This document shows positions 1 through 10,078 of a stretch of 64,000 nt of DNA, one piece after another. This stretch comes from a candidate division WWE3 bacterium. Lineage in GTDB: Bacteria > Patescibacteriota > WWE3 > UBA101185 > UBA10185. How positions within the stretch are numbered: position 1 is the first letter of the stretch; the number at the start of each line of letters is the position of its first letter. The position numbers were made by a program, and so were the translations under genes. The stretch lies in assembly GCA_003599255.1 (NCBI GenBank), contig QZJF01000006.1:1018-65017 (forward strand). The letters are read 5' to 3'. The notes below the pieces were generated by a model, which was not told where the DNA came from, made no database searches, and saw nothing but the letters and a program-made list of their open reading frames with translations.

Positions 1-283
1 TCAATGGAAACATTAATGTGGCAATAAACGCAAGCTTTAAGAAAAAACCATACTTCTTATTCCAGTACTTTTTGCTTATATAAAAGTCTAAAAATGTACC
101 GAATAATGAAGATGTTGATAGAATCAATCCCATCAAAAAAGCACTATTCAGCCTTTTTTCAATGTATACGGGTGTGGAGTAAGACATCAAAGCATCTCCG
201 AAGCTCATGAAGAAAATGATCAATGAGTAGATTATTATGGGTGAAACACGATCAAAAGGTTTAATAAAGCTTCTTGTAAACAT
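1..283 (-). CDS. MFS-like membrane transporter, N-terminal part (runs off the window start)
   Basis: Manual translation from ATG at 283: MFTRSFIKPFDRVSPIIIYSLIIFFMSFGDALMSYSTPVYIEKRLNSAFLMGLILSTSSLFGTFLDF..., open to position 1. The hydrophobic pattern resembles MFS TM1-TM3. Confidence 0.6.
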   Translation of the reverse strand, partial: MFTRSFIKPFDRVSPIIIYSLIIFFMSFGDALMSYSTPVYIEKRLNSAFLMGLILSTSSLFGTFLDFYISKKYWNKKYGFFLKLAFIATLMFPL

Positions 284-288
284 GGCTT

Positions 289-735
289 TTAAAGGTGTTT
301 TATCAGTTGTGCTTTTTTCCTTTCGTAATCCTTTTCGCTTATCTGACCTTTTGCCAGCAACTCCCTTAATCTGTTCAGTGTTCTTTCATAATCGCTTAGT
401 GCTATTCTGGAGCCGGTTTCGATCTGCTGATGCTTAGCATGTGAATGGTATATTTTTTGGTCTAGGATTTTTTTGGCCTTAATCGCATGTGCGGTGGAAA
501 CGTATTTTAGAATGATGTCATCAGTTCCTGTGGTTATAATATCCAGCGAAGAGAAAAAGATACCCCTATTCAGTGTTACTTGAGATATCTGATTGTACGA
601 AATAGAAATTTCTTTGACCCAAATCCACTTTCTTCTTCTGTATACCAGTATATCGTCATGAATATACAGATAGGGAGGAAAAATAGTCCTGTTGAGGGAC
701 CTTATTCCCTGGAGTTTCAGTAATAAATTTGACAT
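289..735 (-). CDS. Bacterial PH-domain protein with C-terminal SHOCT-like segment
   Basis: ISISYNQISQVTLNRGIFFSSLDIITTG is a bPH-like pattern. The C-terminal LNRLRELLAKGQISEKDYERKKAQLI is SHOCT-like. Confidence 0.65.
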   Translation of the reverse strand: MSNLLLKLQGIRSLNRTIFPPYLYIHDDILVYRRRKWIWVKEISISYNQISQVTLNRGIFFSSLDIITTGTDDIILKYVSTAHAIKAKKILDQKIYHSHAKHQQIETGSRIALSDYERTLNRLRELLAKGQISEKDYERKKAQLIKHL

Positions 736-751
736 ATACTAATACTACACC

Positions 752-1018
752 TTATAGATCGTCGTCAGCTCCAATGATATCTTCGTCTCCTCTTTCGAGT
801 TCTGGTATGTAGTCCACACCATTTGTCTGTTTAATTTTTTGTTTCTTTTTTACGTTTAGGGCTTCCAGAACTTCGGGGTCGAGTTCTTCCGTTTCTTCAA
901 CTTCCTCGTCCACTATCTCTGTATCAACCACTACATCGTCGGTTCCTGGTGACGAGTAGGTGGATTTACCTTTCTTATTGCTGTGAATTTTACTGATTTT
1001 GTTTTTTTCTTTTGGCAT
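752..1018 (-). CDS. Small hypothetical protein with basic N-terminus and very acidic C-terminus
   Basis: The start was moved to the MPKEKNK ATG at 1018, which has a TAATAT -10 box 7 nt upstream. The longer ORF would overlap the trxB start. Confidence 0.55.
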   Translation of the reverse strand: MPKEKNKISKIHSNKKGKSTYSSPGTDDVVVDTEIVDEEVEETEELDPEVLEALNVKKKQKIKQTNGVDYIPELERGDEDIIGADDDL

Positions 1019-1115
1019 AGGCAGAATATTAAAAACTTTTATAACTAATACTGTATTATGCATACAAGCAATCAGTTGTCTAGATGGTTTTTTAACGTGA
1101 TGTATAATAAATCTC

Positions 1116-2054
1116 ATGGATAAACTATTTGACATAATAATCATAGGCGGAGGCCCGGCTGGTTTGACCGCGGCAATTTATACTTCAAGAGCTTTTTTAA
1201 AAACAGCAGTTATAGCAGGTAACCCTCCCGGAGGGCAACTGATGCTCACAACAGACGTAGATAATTTTCCCGGATTCCCGGACGGGATTGTAGGACCTGA
1301 TCTCATTTCTAGTTTTAGGGTGCAGGCCGAGAAATACGAAACGTTTTTCCTTGATGAAAATACAGTTAAGATATCCGGTGAGCCTGGGAATTTTGTTGTC
1401 ACTACGGACTCGGGGCAGACCCTCCAGTCTAAGGCAGTGATTGTCGCTACGGGAGCATCAGCAAAATGGCTGAATCTCGAAAGTGAACAAAGACTACGAG
1501 GAAAAGGTGTGTCCGCCTGTGCCACTTGCGATGGATTTTTCTTCAAAGGTCAGACGATTGCCGTGGTTGGCGCCGGTGACGCGGCCATGGAGGAAGCTAC
1601 TTTCCTGACTAGATTTGCGAACAAGGTACTGGTTTTGGTTAGAGGTACAAAAGAAACTATGCGAGCCAGTAAAATCATGCGACAGAGGGCATTTGATAAC
1701 CCAAGAATTGAGTTTCTCTTCAATACGGAAGTCAGTGAGGTTTTGGGGGATACAGTGGTAGCAGGCTTGCGAGTTAAAGATAATCTAACCGGCGAGGAAA
1801 AAACTTTAGATAACGTAACGGGACTTTTTGTCGCAATTGGTCACAAACCAAACACCGACTTTTTAAAAGACTTTGTTGAGCTCGATCATGTTGGTTATGT
1901 AAAGATCACTGATAACACCAGAACTTCAAAAGAGGGTGTTTTCGTAGCCGGCGATGTTTCCGACTTTAGATACAGGCAGGCCGTTACTGCCGCAGGATTC
2001 GGTTGTATGGCGGCTTTGGATGCCGAGAAATATCTATCAGGACATGTTGGATAA
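1116..2054 (+). CDS. trxB: Thioredoxin-disulfide reductase
   Basis: GGGPAG FAD motif, CATCDG active site, VGAGDAAMEEA NADPH motif, GVFVAGDV...YRQAVTAAG. Confidence 0.97.
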   Translation: MDKLFDIIIIGGGPAGLTAAIYTSRAFLKTAVIAGNPPGGQLMLTTDVDNFPGFPDGIVGPDLISSFRVQAEKYETFFLDENTVKISGEPGNFVVTTDSGQTLQSKAVIVATGASAKWLNLESEQRLRGKGVSACATCDGFFFKGQTIAVVGAGDAAMEEATFLTRFANKVLVLVRGTKETMRASKIMRQRAFDNPRIEFLFNTEVSEVLGDTVVAGLRVKDNLTGEEKTLDNVTGLFVAIGHKPNTDFLKDFVELDHVGYVKITDNTRTSKEGVFVAGDVSDFRYRQAVTAAGFGCMAALDAEKYLSGHVG

Positions 2055-3495
2055 AAACAAACTATTTATTTTTGTGTTTGCTTTGCTTCTTATTTTTTCT
2101 CTTTATGTTAGATTTTCCCAGTTGGGTTATTCTACTTTTTATGGTGATGAAACGAAGACTTTATACTTCGATAAAACTGTGCCTGCCTTGACCTTTTTGT
2201 TTGATCAGAGAAAAGGCCCCGTGCAATTTTTAGCCTCATGGATTATGGAAAAAATATCCGGTGGTTTTGATGAATTTTGGATTAGATTACCCTTTGCAAC
2301 CGCAGGATTGCTCTCCGTGTTAGTTTTTTACATTTTGGCGAGGAAATTTATGAATCAATGGGCAGCCCTCGCCTCTTCGTTTTTGTATTCGTTCAGCGGT
2401 TTTAGTGTTGCATTTTCCAGGACAGCACAATACCAGCAATTTCTGCTTCTATTCGGCTTATTGGGAATTCTGCTGATGTTCCTATCTCTTGAAAAGAATA
2501 ATAGATTTTTGCTGATTATTTCTGCTTTGGCATTTTCGATATCTTTGTTATCCCACTACGATGGGATTTTTTATCTTTTAATAGGGGCCTTGTTATTTTT
2601 TAATCATTCAAACGTAAATGTTACGACCATTCGGAAGTTTGTCTTGTTTTTTATTTTTCCGGCACTGATTTTAAGTGGGCTTTTTTACATTCCATATCTT
2701 TTGAATGGATATTTTGAGTCCAATTCTTTGAGTTATCTACTACGCCGAGTATTTGGGGGTGCGGAATCCGGAATTGCGAATTCATTCTACACGGTCAGGA
2801 TCTACAACCCACTTGTCCTGCCATTTATTGTTCTTATGCTATCTGTATTTGGACTAAACAATGAAAAACTCCCGTATCGTAAAATATTTTTTGTTTGGTT
2901 TATTGTCCCTTTTATACTTTTCGAATTCTTAACATTAAATCCCGGCACACATATATTCCACTACTTAGTGCCGCTAATTCTGATATTTGGTTGCTATGGT
3001 CAGTTAATACTTACCTCAGGGTCTGCTGCTTTTAAGATTATTGGAAAACTGCTCATTATTTTTATCATCATTGCGCAGGTATCAGTATCTATCTGGATGT
3101 TTGTTCCACATTTCAAATCCAATTATCCCTGGCGAGAAAGTCGTTTCATGAATTTGAGATTTCCTAAGTTAGATAAAAAATTCCAGGTATTTACCTACGG
3201 ATTTCCTTATGATAGAGGATTCAGGGAAATTCGTGATCATCTTGATAGCGTTGAGGGCATCAGAGGTATTTATACCAATGATAATGATGTAGTGGCGAAA
3301 TATTATTTTATGAAATATGACTACACTCCCCCGGGACCTAATTTTTTACCGCCTTATTATGTAAATGTTTATAACAACCATGAACAGAAAGATACCCCGC
3401 CGGATTTTCTAGCTAGCTACACCTTGGTAAAAGAATTTTATGTAGAAGGAGAATTAGTTAGTGAACTGTACAAACTTAATGCGCCAGAAGATTAG
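2044..3495 (+). CDS. GT-C fold (ArnT/PMT-like, GT39/GT83) membrane glycosyltransferase
   Basis: FYGDE motif after TM1, EFWIRLPFA, FSRTAQYQ and many TM helices. The start MLDK overlaps the trxB stop. Confidence 0.75.
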   Translation: MLDKNKLFIFVFALLLIFSLYVRFSQLGYSTFYGDETKTLYFDKTVPALTFLFDQRKGPVQFLASWIMEKISGGFDEFWIRLPFATAGLLSVLVFYILARKFMNQWAALASSFLYSFSGFSVAFSRTAQYQQFLLLFGLLGILLMFLSLEKNNRFLLIISALAFSISLLSHYDGIFYLLIGALLFFNHSNVNVTTIRKFVLFFIFPALILSGLFYIPYLLNGYFESNSLSYLLRRVFGGAESGIANSFYTVRIYNPLVLPFIVLMLSVFGLNNEKLPYRKIFFVWFIVPFILFEFLTLNPGTHIFHYLVPLILIFGCYGQLILTSGSAAFKIIGKLLIIFIIIAQVSVSIWMFVPHFKSNYPWRESRFMNLRFPKLDKKFQVFTYGFPYDRGFREIRDHLDSVEGIRGIYTNDNDVVAKYYFMKYDYTPPGPNFLPPYYVNVYNNHEQKDTPPDFLASYTLVKEFYVEGELVSELYKLNAPED

Positions 3496-3496
3496 A

Positions 3497-4429
3497 TTAC
3501 TGTTGTCTTCTTCTCTTAACTAAAGTTACCACCACTAGTACCAATGTTATTGCCGGTACTATAAGTACTGAGTATACACCGAGCCATATAGTAAATGTTC
3601 CGAGTTTTTGCAGGGAAACTATCAAGGATCTGGTTGCCTGCTTGAAAATAGCATCAGGTCTCCATGACTTAACAGGTGCGTACGGGAGACTAAGTTCATC
3701 TGTCGAAAGATAAATAGTGATTAAAGAGGTAGAAGATGCTCCCTCAAGGTATTGAATTCTGCCTACGTAGCTATCAATTTGGTTCTGAAGGCTTTGTATT
3801 TGAGGTAGAATCTTCATTATTTCATCTACATTTCTTGCAGTATCCAAAAAACCTTCGAGTCGTTCCTTATTTCTTTCTAATTGTCTTATTCTCTCCTCTA
3901 TATCGACGTATTCGTCAGTTATATCGCGACCTGAAATATTTTCCGTCACAACTTTTACCGAGTTGGATCTAAGGTGAGATAGTATTTCATCTATAGACTC
4001 AGTTGGAACTCTGATTTGAACTGTGGCTTCTTCCCCGAATTCAGGTCTGCTCAAGTATGTGTTTACAACATATCCCTCTTTGTCGATAACCAGTTTCTTG
4101 ATTTCATCTATAGAGCTGGTGACGTTTTCAACTTGTAATGAGATATAAGATTCGGTAATTACCATTCTGTCCTGAATATCAGGTGTAGGGGCAGCCTCAT
4201 TCGGAGGCATTATACCCCCTCTTCCTAGTGAGACTTTTGCAGATGTGCCACTTAAGGATTCCATCATAGGCATGTCGTACCCTATAGAATCAGAATAGTC
4301 ATAAGACCTGTTATAGCCTGTGAAGTTTTGGATTACGTCAAAAGGATTAAAGAATTTATATACGATAAAGGCAATTAATAGTGATGTAAGTTTATTGTTT
4401 TTAATCCAAGTGAAAAGTCTGGAAAACAT
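3497..4429 (-). CDS. DUF4349 domain protein
   Basis: RMVITESYISLQV, ATVQIRVP and DITDEYVDIEERI, followed by a coiled coil and a C-terminal TM helix. Confidence 0.8.
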   Translation of the reverse strand: MFSRLFTWIKNNKLTSLLIAFIVYKFFNPFDVIQNFTGYNRSYDYSDSIGYDMPMMESLSGTSAKVSLGRGGIMPPNEAAPTPDIQDRMVITESYISLQVENVTSSIDEIKKLVIDKEGYVVNTYLSRPEFGEEATVQIRVPTESIDEILSHLRSNSVKVVTENISGRDITDEYVDIEERIRQLERNKERLEGFLDTARNVDEIMKILPQIQSLQNQIDSYVGRIQYLEGASSTSLITIYLSTDELSLPYAPVKSWRPDAIFKQATRSLIVSLQKLGTFTIWLGVYSVLIVPAITLVLVVVTLVKRRRQQ

Positions 4430-4484
4430 TATGATCATTATACTCCATTATGTTGTTTGTAAACAATATACTTTTGTAATGTTT

Positions 4485-5096
4485 CTAGGCCTTTGCAGAT
4501 TCAAAATTTTCAGTGACCTTTGCCCAATTTACAACATTCCACCAGTTTTCTATATATTCGTTTCTTTTGTTTTGATATTTTAGGTAATAAGCGTGTTCCC
4601 AAACATCAAGACCTAATATCGGGAATTTTCCTTCAGAAATTGGATTGTCCTGATTCGGAGTTGATTCAACGCTTAATTTACCCTCCTGAACAACCAGCCA
4701 AGCCCACCCGCTTCCAAATCTTGTTAGTGCGGCTTGTGAGAACGCTTCCTTAAAAGTAGCCATGTTTGTTAAATCCTCATTTATTTTGGTCATAAGAGAA
4801 TTACCTGGTGCCGTTCCGGTTTCCGGTGTTAGAATTTCCCAGAAAAAAGTGTGATTGTAATGTCCTCCGCCGTTGTTTCGGATTGCATTTCTCACATTAT
4901 TCGGCAAAGTTTCAAGATTTGTTAATAAATAATCAAGAGTTTTATCTCCCAGTTCCGGTGCGTCTTCTAGCGCTTTGTTTAAATTGTTTATATATGCCTG
5001 ATGATGCTTTGTATGATGTATCTCCATGGTTTGGGCGTCAATATAGGGCTCCAACGCAGTATATGAAAAATTTAGTTTAGGTAATTCAAATTTCAT
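4485..5096 (-). CDS. sodA: Superoxide dismutase (Mn-type signature)
   Basis: HHTKHH, NNGGGHYNH, FGSGWAWL, NQDNP, DVWEHAYY. An AAGGAG SD lies upstream. Confidence 0.95.
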   Translation of the reverse strand: MKFELPKLNFSYTALEPYIDAQTMEIHHTKHHQAYINNLNKALEDAPELGDKTLDYLLTNLETLPNNVRNAIRNNGGGHYNHTFFWEILTPETGTAPGNSLMTKINEDLTNMATFKEAFSQAALTRFGSGWAWLVVQEGKLSVESTPNQDNPISEGKFPILGLDVWEHAYYLKYQNKRNEYIENWWNVVNWAKVTENFESAKA

Positions 5097-5173
5097 TTTA
5101 TAATCTCCTTTATATTTACTACTGTCTATATCGTATCATATCTTTGTCTTCCGAATATGCTATATTTTTGCTG

Positions 5174-6643
5174 ATGAATCAATTAGTAAAAAGGATTTCG
5201 TCGTTAAAATACAGACACCTCATTTTGAGTGTTTTTCTATTGTTTATTACTGTAAGATCCATAAGTCTTGGAACCGATATTTCCAACTCAGATGCAGCAA
5301 GATGGCACAGGCGATCCGAAAGGTTTTTGGAAGGTTTAAAGAACTTTGACTTAAGCCAGACATATCAGCACTATCAGCCGGGTGTGTCGCTTATGTGGTT
5401 AAATGCACCGATTAGACAGTTTATATATATGTACCAAAGGTCAACTGGTTCGCTTGCGGGTATTCAACCAATTTGGTATCCGTTTTTACACGGAATTTCA
5501 AAATTTGCTTTGGTCCTTGTTCTCGGAGCATTATTTCTAATCCAGATGTCATTAATAAGAAATCTTTATAACGATCAAACATCACTAATGTACGGGGTTT
5601 TATTAGCCCTTGAGCCTTATATGATTGGTATAGATCGCTGGTTTCATCTTACATCTTTGGAAGTTTATTTTGGTTTCACGGCTTTCTTGCTATTTATACT
5701 TGGTCTGAAGCTTTCCAGCACCCGCTTTGTGCAATTTTCTGCCGGTGTTTATTCTCTGTCAGTATTATCAAAATTTACGTCACTTTTAGTTTTCCCGTTG
5801 TATCTGTACTTAATTATTAAGAAAACTCAAAGACCAAAATTCTATTTATTTAATTTTGTTTTAATTTTTTCCTTGGTTTTTATCGCATTATTTCCTGCTG
5901 TATTAACTAACTGGCACGACATTATCCCCAAGCTTCTTAGTGTTGGTGCCTCCGTTGCCACAGATACCATAAGGTCTGAGGGTACTCCCATACCGTTTGT
6001 TTTTTATTATCCGGTCGTTTTATTGTTCAAGCTCTCGGTTATTACACTAGTTATGTTTCTAATTTCATTGGGGAATATTAAAATCCTATTCGGAAAGTTT
6101 AAGAGCAATATATATATTGCATATTATATTGCTTTTTACTTTGTATTCTTAACTGTTCTTCAACAGAAGATTGACAGATATTCACTTGTGTTTATTCCCC
6201 CGCTGATTTTACTGGTAAGTTCCTACGTTTCGTTGACACCGGCCATTTTTAAAAAGAGTTTTGTTCTACTTGCAATGCTTTTTTTCCTTACAATTTCATA
6301 TATACATTTTCCGGTTTATTCCGGATATAACTCACCTTTATTCGGAGGTACGGCGGGTGCTATTCATCTCGGCATATATGATAATAGTGGAGAATATTTT
6401 GCACAGGCAGCAGAATTTACCAACGAATATCACAATGTGACCGTTTATGTTCCGGATAACATTGAATCATTCAACGTTTACTCTACAAATAGAACAACAT
6501 CAGAATCAAAGGACACGGCTGATATTTTAGTTAAATCCTTAGATATAGACAGAAGTAGTATTGATTCTGGGGCATGTAACGTAAAAATTGGGGAATTTGG
6601 GCCTAAGGATTATAAAGTCGTATTTGCGTACAAGTGTAATTAA
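5174..6643 (+). CDS. GT-C fold membrane glycosyltransferase
   Basis: NSDAARW after TM1, YQPGVSLMW, LEPYMIG and KIDRY, with multiple TM helices. Confidence 0.65.
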   Translation: MNQLVKRISSLKYRHLILSVFLLFITVRSISLGTDISNSDAARWHRRSERFLEGLKNFDLSQTYQHYQPGVSLMWLNAPIRQFIYMYQRSTGSLAGIQPIWYPFLHGISKFALVLVLGALFLIQMSLIRNLYNDQTSLMYGVLLALEPYMIGIDRWFHLTSLEVYFGFTAFLLFILGLKLSSTRFVQFSAGVYSLSVLSKFTSLLVFPLYLYLIIKKTQRPKFYLFNFVLIFSLVFIALFPAVLTNWHDIIPKLLSVGASVATDTIRSEGTPIPFVFYYPVVLLFKLSVITLVMFLISLGNIKILFGKFKSNIYIAYYIAFYFVFLTVLQQKIDRYSLVFIPPLILLVSSYVSLTPAIFKKSFVLLAMLFFLTISYIHFPVYSGYNSPLFGGTAGAIHLGIYDNSGEYFAQAAEFTNEYHNVTVYVPDNIESFNVYSTNRTTSESKDTADILVKSLDIDRSSIDSGACNVKIGEFGPKDYKVVFAYKCN

Positions 6644-7912
6644 TTACTGTTGGGAGTTTTTTGTCATCCACAAGTTTTCTACCTCTTCTTTGCCAAAACG
6701 TTTTGATAATACCGTTATCTTTGGTTGCTGGCTAAATATTTCATTTAAAACAATTGTTAGTTCTTCTAAGCCGGTGTTTCTGATCTTTTCAACTTCGTAT
6801 GTATATTCCTGTTCCTCGGCACCAAAAAGGATCAGTTCAGAATAATAATTAGCTCTTTGAGATATTTTTTCCGTCATAAAAGCCAGATTCGCAGCAAGCA
6901 TATTCTTTACTTTATTTACGTTTCTTGTCGAAAGAAGTTTGTTAATTTCATTTGATGAGACTTTAAGTGCATCAAGAACTAGTTTAAAATTTCCATCTGT
7001 GGTAGCTGTGAAGAATCCAAACACGCCATAATTCCCCGAATTGTAGGAATCGCAGTTCAGCTGATATACCATGCCTTTGTCTTCCACAAGTTGTTTTCTA
7101 AGATATATATTTAATATTTTTGAAAGTATTGCTGCCGCATATTTACGGTCTTCCGATATTTTGTATCCCTCATAATCCACTTTAATGTAATTTTGGTTTA
7201 AAGTTGGAACTTGCCCAACTTGAACAGCAAATCTTTGATTGAATTTAAGAATCGGATTTTCAGCGGTGTTATCTGCAGTTTCTTGATAAAAGTATTTGTT
7301 CAAAAGTCGATCAGCGTCTGCCAAGTCAAAATTACCGCAAAGTAATAGTAAGAAATTGTTATTTGTATAATTATTTTGATAATAATCTTTAACTGTTTTT
7401 ATCTGTATTTTTTCTATATCCACAGTATCTCCGGTGTTTAATTTGGACAATCTATTTTCAGGATAAAGGATTTTATAGCTCAATCGTCCGATTAACTTTT
7501 CCGGGATGTCGTTATACCTGAGTATTTCCTGCTTTATTACATCTTTTAAAGTTCTTACATGTTTTTCTTCCAGTAATGCGTTGTACAAGATTTCCGAAAG
7601 AAAGATTAAAGAAGATTCAAGATCTTCTTTTAGGATATGTACTCCGTAAAGAACATCATCTCTGCTGGTAATGCCAATAAATTTGCCACCTATATCAGTA
7701 ATTAGTTCCGAAAAATTTTTGGTGTTCGGATAGTTTTTGGTGCCTTTCAGAACCAGATGTTCAAGAAAATGCGAGGCTCCAATTTCCCCTTCCTTTTCGT
7801 AGTTGCTACCTACCTTACCTCTAAGCTGAACGGTGATTGTTTCCACCTCTTTAGAAGGTATTAGCGCTATCTTTAAGCCATTTGGTAAAGTTGAATGTAT
7901 AGGTTTTATCAT
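6644..7912 (-). CDS. M16 (pitrilysin/insulinase) family zinc peptidase
   Basis: TLPNGLKI, G.SHFLEHL inverted zinc motif, LVEDKGMVY. Confidence 0.9.
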   Translation of the reverse strand: MIKPIHSTLPNGLKIALIPSKEVETITVQLRGKVGSNYEKEGEIGASHFLEHLVLKGTKNYPNTKNFSELITDIGGKFIGITSRDDVLYGVHILKEDLESSLIFLSEILYNALLEEKHVRTLKDVIKQEILRYNDIPEKLIGRLSYKILYPENRLSKLNTGDTVDIEKIQIKTVKDYYQNNYTNNNFLLLLCGNFDLADADRLLNKYFYQETADNTAENPILKFNQRFAVQVGQVPTLNQNYIKVDYEGYKISEDRKYAAAILSKILNIYLRKQLVEDKGMVYQLNCDSYNSGNYGVFGFFTATTDGNFKLVLDALKVSSNEINKLLSTRNVNKVKNMLAANLAFMTEKISQRANYYSELILFGAEEQEYTYEVEKIRNTGLEELTIVLNEIFSQQPKITVLSKRFGKEEVENLWMTKNSQQ

Positions 7913-7967
7913 GCGGGTTACGGCAGAATCATTGACAATTCACATTTTACCGTACTAAACTTAATAT

Positions 7968-8495
7968 ATGAAGTCAAAAGTTAAATTTCTGCCCGCCTTT
8001 TTGCTACTTCTTTTACTACAGCCTTTTGTTTTTTCAGCAACCCTTAAGTTAAATAGAATAGGTGCTTTGGATACAGGCGGTATGATGTACAGTGAATGGT
8101 GGTATACAGGTGTAAACCCCACTTTTTCTGGTACTGCAGAGTCGAATTCTTCAGTGACATTAGATGCGGGAGAGAACGATTATGACACAACATCCGATGG
8201 TTCCGGAGCATGGTCCATTCCAACACAGCTTAGCGCAGGAGACTATACAATTGTCATAGCTCAAGGCTCCGAAAGCTATACATTCACACTACACTTAGGT
8301 CAGAATCTTCCTGCCGATTTAGGGGGAACTACTCAGACAACAGAAAGCACAGGTGCTGTTCCTACGACAGGATTCAATCAAACGGTTGCTCTTAGCTTTG
8401 GAATAGGTGTAATGCTCTTGGCATCGTATTTGTACATATCAAGCGATACAAACAAAAAAGCAGCCTTTGAAAGAAGAATAATTAAAGAAGATTAA
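7968..8495 (+). CDS. Secreted Ig-like domain protein with LPXTG-like C-terminal anchor
   Basis: Signal peptide and the Ig-like pattern PTFSGTAE...SDGSGAWS. The C-terminus is VPTTG, a TM helix and a charged tail. Confidence 0.6.
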   Translation: MKSKVKFLPAFLLLLLLQPFVFSATLKLNRIGALDTGGMMYSEWWYTGVNPTFSGTAESNSSVTLDAGENDYDTTSDGSGAWSIPTQLSAGDYTIVIAQGSESYTFTLHLGQNLPADLGGTTQTTESTGAVPTTGFNQTVALSFGIGVMLLASYLYISSDTNKKAAFERRIIKED

Positions 8496-8506
8496 TTACC
8501 CGGTGC

Positions 8507-8959
8507 ATGCATAAACTTCACAACTACATCCGCTCCGAACACTTTCACTATATTGGATGGTTTGTAGCTATCGCGTCTTTTCTTGGATCAATTTATTACA
8601 GCGATGTTCTAAAATTACCCCCTTGCATTCTTTGCTGGTATCAGCGAATTGCAATGTATCCTTTGGTGTTAATTTATATGGTTGGGATTATTTTTAAAGA
8701 TAAAAAGTTATCCTATTATGTAATGCCTTTTGGGTTTATTGGTCTGGGGATATCTCTTTATCAGATGTTACTTCAATCCGGTTTATTATCTGAGGCTGAA
8801 TCCTGTAGGTTTGGAGTTTCATGTTTGGATACTTCGTTTAAGTTGCTTGGGGTTTTCACAATTCCCATGCAATCCTTTATAGCTTTCCTACTTATTACTC
8901 TGAGTACTTTCGGAGCTGTATTGCTCGATAAAGCAAAAAAAGAATCGAAAAATCTATAG
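8507..8959 (+). CDS. dsbB: Disulfide bond formation protein B (DsbB/BdbC family)
   Basis: PCILCWYQRIAMYPL motif, second Cys pair ESC...VSC, four TM helices. Confidence 0.9.
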   Translation: MHKLHNYIRSEHFHYIGWFVAIASFLGSIYYSDVLKLPPCILCWYQRIAMYPLVLIYMVGIIFKDKKLSYYVMPFGFIGLGISLYQMLLQSGLLSEAESCRFGVSCLDTSFKLLGVFTIPMQSFIAFLLITLSTFGAVLLDKAKKESKNL

Positions 8960-9481
8960 ATATAAGGTGAACAGGTTTCTATACTCTTTTCTTCCATTTG
9001 TATTTGTCGATTCAAGAATTTCGATTTTATTGATAAGTAATTTCCAGTTAATTTTTTCTAAAATCGGTTCAGTGCTTCCTGTGTCGATGCTATCAGATAA
9101 ACGGGCCATTGTAATATGTGGAAGAAATTGTCTTTCAACTTTGGCGATGTTTTTATCAATCAAAATGTTCCCCAGTTTAGCCCTAAGGATCTCACACTCA
9201 TTACACGGTTTTCCTACTGCCCATAACAGTTTTGGAGATTTTTTATTGGGACCGAATTCTATTTTGTAAAAATTGACTAAAAAAGGCTTAAACTTAAATT
9301 CTCTAGATAATAAATCAAATATTTCTTTTGGGTCGGGATAATTCCATGGAGGAATAATAGTCATGTGAAGATTATCTAATTCTTCCCAGTTTAGATTCTT
9401 ATGTGTTGCGAATTTATGGGATAAGTTTTTGAACAAGGTCTTTATGTTTTCATCGATTTTTATTGCAATAAATATTTTCAT
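8954..9481 (-). CDS. thpR: RNA 2',3'-cyclic phosphodiesterase (2H phosphoesterase, LigT/ThpR family)
   Basis: MKIFIAI start and two HxT motifs (NLHMTI, FLPHITMAR). Confidence 0.85.
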   Translation of the reverse strand: MKIFIAIKIDENIKTLFKNLSHKFATHKNLNWEELDNLHMTIIPPWNYPDPKEIFDLLSREFKFKPFLVNFYKIEFGPNKKSPKLLWAVGKPCNECEILRAKLGNILIDKNIAKVERQFLPHITMARLSDSIDTGSTEPILEKINWKLLINKIEILESTNTNGRKEYRNLFTLYL

Positions 9482-9499
9482 TGTTTATATTATGCCATT

Positions 9500-10078
9500 A
9501 TGTTCGATTATGTTGAAGATAAAACTGCTAAAAACCCACTCATTCTTATAAGGGGAATACCAGGAAGTGGGAAGAGTACCTTAGCTACCAAACTTTCCTA
9601 TACATACAATTTACCGATGATAGATCCGGATTTTTTGACGCAGGATCATCAAGATTTCAAAAATTATGTAAAGTTAAACAGCAAGGAATTACATGGTTTA
9701 TCAGTTAGAACAAAAAAATATCGTTATAACCTTAACTTAGCTACTAAATATGTAATTGATAGCAAAGGTTTTATATGGGCACAGGCGTGGTCACTTCTTG
9801 AAGGAATTAATTACACTATGAGTACTATTGCTAAAATAAGTAATAAACATGAACTACTATGCATAGTATTTGATTTAAAAGTTGATATAAATATTGCTGT
9901 AGAGAGGTTTAAAATAAAAACATCGAGTCATAGGGAAGCCCAAAAAGTTGTTGAAGAGTTTGCAAATAAATACGAATGGATAACTCAACCTAACTTTCTC
10001 CATATTTTAATTGACGGTCACAAGAGTAAAGATGCAGTGTTTCATGAGGTAGCTAGCGAACTTAATAAACTACTTTAA
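9500..10078 (+). CDS. P-loop kinase (AAA_33 / nucleotide or polynucleotide kinase-like)
   Basis: LILIRGIPGSGKSTLA Walker A, IDPD, and a lid Arg in AVERF. Confidence 0.7.
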   Translation: MFDYVEDKTAKNPLILIRGIPGSGKSTLATKLSYTYNLPMIDPDFLTQDHQDFKNYVKLNSKELHGLSVRTKKYRYNLNLATKYVIDSKGFIWAQAWSLLEGINYTMSTIAKISNKHELLCIVFDLKVDINIAVERFKIKTSSHREAQKVVEEFANKYEWITQPNFLHILIDGHKSKDAVFHEVASELNKLL

